NCBI GenBank assembly: GCA_020632395.1
Contig: JACKFQ010000002.1
Span: 7,299-71,298 of the forward strand
Length of the DNA stretch: 64,000 nt
DNA from: Candidatus Nomurabacteria bacterium
GTDB taxonomy: Bacteria > Patescibacteriota > Dojkabacteria > SC72 > JAHDCA01
Direction: 5' to 3'
Within the stretch, counting starts at the first letter, position 1, and each line of letters begins with the position of its first letter. A program made the position numbers and the translations under genes. This document shows positions 57,408 through 64,000 of this stretch, piece by piece. Under the pieces are notes generated by a model. The model was not told where the DNA came from. It made no database searches and was given only the letters and a program-made list of their open reading frames with translations.

Positions 57408-60400
57408 AATATGCGAAATGTATAAACGACAAAAAATAACACAAATAAGTTCCTTGTATAGAATTTCAATTTTCGTTTCTATCGTAATACTATTACTCAT
57501 CACGGTCCGCTCTGCAATTTCTCCCTCGATTGTTGCTAAAACCGAGAGACTACAGCTTGCTGAGATACTCGGATCACAGGGTTGGGATCTCACTGATCCA
57601 GGTGCGTTATTTGATGCCACTAATAATACCAGTACTCAAGAATCAGGTTCTTCCCTTCAACTCAGCTATGCTCTTACAGAAGAATGTACCGGGCCTATCC
57701 AAGAGATACTTGTCAACGCCCAAACAACGACCGATTCTACATATATCGTACGCCTAAATGATCAATTCTCTACTACTGTCAGCGCGATCGAAGGTGTGTT
57801 CACTATAAAAACCCCAAACAAAGATGACGGACAACCTTGGGTCTGTGATGATGTAAAAAACTTACAAATTACACTTACAAGTAGTGAAAATTTGAACAAC
57901 TCTGACTCAGTAATCCCAAACTCATGGAGTATCAGCACACTTACAGTAGATGTCGTATTCCAGATAAAAGAGCCCAAACTAGCACAGAATAGATATTTAT
58001 GGGATACACTTGCAGATGACAACAATATTACCCCTATTAACTACGACAATTTAGTTTTGAATGTAGGACAAAGAGCAATCCTATATGTGGAAATTGAGAA
58101 CCGTTCAGATCATTCTTCAACAACTAAAAATATCGGTTTCCAGTTTGCAAGTTCGACCCAAAATTGCGACTCTCAAGAACTCGACTGGAAAACTATCGAT
58201 GAGCATTCGGAAGTTTCTTGGTGGGAAAATCCTGTGATCGATTCAACTTCAGAATACCTATTAGATCAAAATGATACCGCTTGCACCTCTGGTGGTTGCG
58301 TTAAAGTAGAAACAATAGCTAGTAACAAGGCTTTTCTGACAACAATCATCCCTAGATCCGAGAGCCTACAGATCTCTATTCCAATTGACACAAGAAATGC
58401 CAGAACAGAAACAGATTATTGTATTCGAGCAATCATCTATGATTCTGAAACTGCAAGTCCACGACTATTTGACGAATATAGTAGTATTCCAAAATTTTCA
58501 ACAGCACCAAACCCTACTACTGACCCATCTTCGTTAAATACAATTACTGACCCAGAAATTTCCCTAGAAAAGGTTGACTTTGCCGCTGAAGAAAACGTTT
58601 CATTAGAATTAATATATTTTGAAAAAGATACAGGGACTAATAAGATCATCAATAGTGTAATAGCGCGAGAAAGACATTTAGAGATAAATGAGTACTCTGT
58701 AAATACAGTTGTGAGAGATTCAACTGGAGTAGAATATTCAGAAGCACCTGAGATAACTCTTCTTCCTGATGGAACTACGAATATTGTGATCCCAAGTAGT
58801 TCAGAAATGCGACCAGGCAAATACTCACTCTCTGTAACAGTAGAAAAGGAAGGCACACCTCCGATCGAACTAAATCAAGATTTTCTTTGGGGTGTTGTTG
58901 CGATAAATTCTCCTCAATCAACATATAGACCAAACGAGATTGTTGATCTTTATATGTCTGTATTGAATACCGAAGGAACAACTATTTGTGATGCTGATAT
59001 TGACCTCGTGATAACATCACCAACAGGTACGATGTCTAGTTATAGTACTGAAAACGACTCAATCCAAAGATCGGAATCTTGTGCTCCACATTCAGTAACT
59101 TACCTTCCCGACTACCTCCTTTCATTTTCGGATACCACAGAGCCTGGAACATACATACTTAATGCTAAGATCACACATCCCGAGATTAACACGAAGGTTG
59201 AAAGCTCCTTTAGAATAGAAAATGATCCAGCATTTGTCATTACAAGAAATGCTCCCACTAGAATATACCCTGCCTCAAGATATGAAACGGAGATCACAGT
59301 ATTTTCAAAAACAGGATATAAAGGTGTGATCAAGGAACATGTTCCCAAGATCTTTAGTGAAATTGAAACAGACGCTTTCGTTGAGATACTCACTGATCAC
59401 AAAACACTATCTTGGAACGTTGATATCCCGGTAGGCGAAAAAATCTCAGTTAAATATAGTTACAAACCACCATATATCAGTCCTGAGATGTTTCTATTAG
59501 GTCCCTTGAAACTGGATGGGTATATTGAACCTCGTCAATGGCATATAGCTTCCGATGCAATTGGTGATTTTGCAACATATAGAGAGTCAACAGGATTGGA
59601 CCTAATAAATACTACCGTCACAAATCTAAACTGGGATACCACGGTTGCTTCATCTTCTACATTCACCCTACAAGGTAACGGAATAGATATTGACCTCGCT
59701 GACGCAGGTCATTATCTGGTTATGTATTCGGTACCAACCGAAGCCAATAGCGGTGACAATTTGAGGAATGAACTTCAATCATGGTTACGTATCAATGATA
59801 CGACAAATCTTATCTACGGTCGTGGCCAAGGATATAACCGTTTCACTGCCAACAATTATGAGGCGTATAATTCTGGTGCTGCTATAATCGAAGTAAATGC
59901 AGGAGACGATATACGTCTTCAAATGCAAAGGACTGATTCATCATCAGCAACATCACGCCGAAGAGCAAATAAGTCAGGGATAGATTTACTGAAACTAAAC
60001 GATGATTACTACTATATCCGCACAAGACCCACTACGAACCAGAGTGTACCAACAAATAATAGTTGGACAGATATTTCCTTTGCCACAGATGATGAATTAG
60101 ATAGTACAGGTTATTCGAGATCAGGTGCAGATATTACACTAAAGGATGTTGGGCATTATCTGATCACCTACAATGTAGGATTTGCTACTACTGGAACAGT
60201 TCGTGTAAATAACGAAGCGAGACTAACACTTGGTGCTTCTGATACTGAAATTAATGGAACTAGAACAACCACCTATATTCGAGGAACAGATGGTACAAAT
60301 GATGGGATGGTGTCTTGGATTGGTATTATCGAAACATCCTCTACAAATCAAATCCTTAATCTTGAATATCGTCTTGAATCAACATCCAACCCCCAATACA

Positions 60401-63400
60401 ATAGTACAAAAGCTTCAGAGACAGGCTTAACCGCTGTAAAACTTCCTGATTATGCTGAATATATCCGATTAGATGAAACTTTAGGTGGTCAAGATCTTAG
60501 CACATCACAAACTGCTGTAACTTGGGATAACACCTTAGAGGAAGATAATGGTTCATTTACTCACGATCCAACTTATACCGAGAGGATAAATATCAACCAA
60601 AATGGAGATTATCTGTTTTTACACTCTATGTATGCTTTAAAACCAACAGGAAGTAGTGTTCGAGAAACTCAATTCCTCCAGTGGCAAAAGAATTCGGGTC
60701 TTTATCCTTACGGTTCTTCAGGAGCGTTTAATCGAGGAGAACAAGGTGGAAACAACAGTTATAGTAGTGGTTCATCCGGTGGTCTAATAGCAAATTCTTT
60801 GACAAATACGGATTATATTGAGTTAACACAGATAAACGAAGCATCAAACTCTACCGCAGTTTATACTGCAGGATATATGGGCTTACAGGGATTAAACTTA
60901 GATTCCTTAACAGTTTCAGACCCAATCACTCAACAGAGCCATTACCGGTGGAGAGATGACTCAACCGCTCTGAATAGTGATGGAGGATGGTTAGCATCTG
61001 AAGATACAAGTACAGGCATTACTTTCTTTAAATACGAGAACTACAGGATCCGTATTGCCGTTGCAAATATCGGAACAGGTGCAGAATCTGCATCCCGAAA
61101 CTATGAACTTCAGTTCGCTGATAAAGGTGCAGAAACAAGTTGTTCAAGTGTCACAGGATGGACAGGAGTTGCAAATTCATCAACAGATGAGATCAATATG
61201 TACGATTCAAGTAACATTACTTCAGATGGTCAAGGAACGTCACAGTTATTTGCAAATATTGATGGTTACTCTTTTACTACTGGTGAAGGTCGAGATCTCT
61301 CAGATACTACTGGGAGTATCGGCCCTCTGAACAACCTTTACTACACAGAATTAGAATACACTGTCAGGATATCAGATCAGGCATTGACAGGCAGTACATA
61401 CTGTTTACGGCTGTATGACACGGCAAATACAGAAGAACTGAACCAATACAATGTTTTTCCAGAGATCATACTTGAATCTGCAGGACTTCCCCTTGCCCCA
61501 ACTATGGAGTGGGGAACGCAAAGTTCGGTAACTGACACAGCTTGGACAACAGTAAATTTCTCTAAATCATATGCAAACCCCGTATTCTTTTGCTCAGCTG
61601 AATACAATCATAACATTGGAAATGAGGGCGATGGAGATGCTGATGCGCTAACATGCCGTATCAACAATGTTAGTTCTACAAGTGCACAAGTACGCCTCCA
61701 AGAACCCGGATCATCAACATTGGCGACTAATGAAACTATCCATTGGATTGTAGTCGATGAGGGAGCTTATGACACACCTGAGATCAAGTTCGAGGCCTTT
61801 AAATATCTATCTACTGTGACAGATGGTAAAACAGCTGGATATACAGGAGAGACCCAATCATACACAAATTCTTACACAAGCCCTGCTGTTTTAGGCAGTA
61901 TTGAGTCTTATAATGACACAAACTTTTCATATTTTTATGCTAAGGGAAGTGGTGCAAATGCGACATTACCAAGTAGTTCATCATTAATAACTGGTAAGCA
62001 TGTAGCTGAAGATTCCAATACGAGTCGTAATAATGAGACTATCAGTGTCCTTGTTGTGGAAAGTGGACATGGGACACTAAATAATGGTGACATTGAGTAT
62101 GAAGCGAACCAAACAACTACAGCACCTGTTGATCGTATCGAAGAAAATCCTCCTTACACAGTTTCATTCTCCACTCCATTCTCGAGTACTCCGACCGTTG
62201 CGATAGTATCTCAAAACGGAATAAGCGGATCTGATGGTCCAAGTGTGAATATGTATGGGAATAGTATACTCTCAACAACAAATATTGATCTAGCTGTTAT
62301 GGAAGATGAGATAACGGATACAGAGCAGACAGGTAATACCGAAAATCTTTCATATTTTGTTTTGGAATCATCTGGGATATTTCATGCTGCCAATGTTGGT
62401 TTTGATCAGGATAAATACCGTTTCTATGAAAATAAAGATAGTTCAGAACCAGACACAGCACTTTCTTCAGAAAATACAAATATTTCTGGTATCTCAATCA
62501 ACGATGTAGTTAGGTTAAGGGTAGGGACTCAAGCCGCTGATACGATAGACGCATCTGCATTCTCACTAAAATTACAGTATGTGGCTTCGAGTGATTGTCC
62601 GAATGCTTCTGGTTGGACCGATGTTGACTCTAGCGGTGGATCTGGAATTTGGCGCGGATACAATAACGCATCTGTAACGGATGGTGTTACATTAAGTACA
62701 AATCTACTAACAAATTCAAATATCAAACAAACATATATAGAAAACGGAGCCATGAGTGGCACCAACCCTAATGCAATAAGTACTGGTGACAGATCTGAGT
62801 GGGACTGGGTAATTCAGAACAACGGGGCAGTGGGATCTACAAACTATTGCTTTAGGTTAGTCGATGATAATGGTATCACTATGAATTATACACTCTACCC
62901 TCAAATTTCTACCGCATCAGTAACTAATACAAATCCTGACAACCCCTCAAGCATGGACCAAAAGAGAAGCACAAATAGTATATCAATACCAATCGGTGTA
63001 TGGGTAAATGAAAACAGTATTAAATTTACAGCCTTAGCTTCTGATTATGACTCAGGTGATACTCTACAACTTTGTGTCGAGAATCAACCAATTGGAACAA
63101 ACTTTACAAATACGGAAACGAACTGTGGATCAGGTGTATTGTATTCCGGATCGCCAGTAACGGTTGAGACTACCATTTCTGGTCTTAACAATGATGATTA
63201 TCATTGGCAAGCCAGGATTAAAGATGACTCCTCCGCGTACTCAAATTGGGTTTCATTCGAAGCGAATCCTGAAGGTGAGATCGATTATGGTGTAGATCTA
63301 GCGGGACCACTTGCAGGTTCTGTTTTCGATGGTGAAATATATTTGAACGATTCAGATATCAACGATGGTTCCCTATCGACTTTTATAGGGAGTTGGAGTG

Positions 63401-64000
63401 GATTCACCGATGCATTATCTGGGATATCACATTGGGAATACGCTCTGGGTACTTCTCCAGGTGGAACAGATGTCGAGAATTGGACCGAAGCAGTTGACAA
63501 TGGGAATCTCTTTAATGATGGATTTGAAACAGGAGATCTAATACCATGGGATACATTATCAACAGATGGAGGTGATCTAACGGTTGTTCCACATAAGTCA
63601 CATACTGGAAACTACTCTGTATCGTATTTGATCGATGATGTTACAGCTTTATATGTACAGGACGATCTATCAAGCCAGACGAATTACCATGCACGAGTAT
63701 ATATTAATCTCGTCGATCTAACTATTGGAAGTGGTGAAGAATTTGTATTTTGGCAATTAATGGACACAATAACACCATATGCCGAGATAAAGATAGGGAA
63801 TGATGGCAGTAATTACTACCTCAAAGCCACAGAACTTGTTGGGAATCATTCCACTACCAATGTATCAATCACCTCAAGCGGATGGGTCGACGTGGAAATT
63901 CACTGGTTTGCAGGTACCAACAGCTATCTATCAATGTTTGTCAACAATATAGAATACACTACTGCCACAACCGACACCTCACTATTATCGATCAATAAAA
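57408..64000 (+). CDS. Giant secreted/surface protein, at least 2197 aa, truncated by the window end, built from repeated beta-sandwich-like modules
   Basis: An uninterrupted reading frame from ATG 57408 to the window edge was found by manual translation. No + strand ORF in this frame appears in the ORF track, consistent with edge exclusion. N-terminal TM/signal (ISSLYRISIFVSIVILLLITV). Recurrent module hallmarks: YRWRDD...YELQF...C..V.GW...YCLRLYD, and again YRFYENKD...LKLQY...CP.ASGW...YCFRLVDD. Three shorter GHYL(V/I)xY modules lie at about 59700-61000. Confidence 0.7.

Overview
This is a low-GC (about 40%) bacterial chromosomal window of about 47 genes, all intact in the standard genetic code. 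There is no CRISPR array, transposase or integrase. The gene set points to an uncultivated, likely CPR/Patescibacteria-type bacterium, which is inference only. The supporting features are: a form II/III-type RuBisCO with its catalytic residues conserved; an operon of pyruvate formate-lyase, its activating enzyme and a flavodoxin; a complete type IV pilus block (PilB, PilC, four pilin-like genes and two identical tandem major-pilin genes); many large secreted or surface proteins (M23 peptidase, S8 protease with four tandem C-terminal repeats, a 1084-aa Cys-rich protein, and a giant repeat-module protein of at least 2197 aa running off the 3' edge); a VKOR+DsbA disulfide pair; a two-component system next to a CpxP/ZraP-like Met-rich periplasmic protein; and a TasA-like fibre subunit next to an archaeal-type SipW signal peptidase. 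Housekeeping genes present are metK, glmS, secA, recO, tRNA-Lys(CTT), an ABC-F factor, a RapA-like SNF2 ATPase, several ABC transporters and three GT4 glycosyltransferases. Two edge-truncated ORFs are missing from the supplied ORF track: a permease at 1..621 and the giant + strand ORF from 57408 to the window end. The most interesting candidates for a second look are the TasA-like/SipW module, the giant RWR-module surface protein, the RuBisCO in a non-canonical context followed by a translationally coupled secreted-protein operon, and the duplicated pilin genes. I did not find a classical defence system or mobile element.
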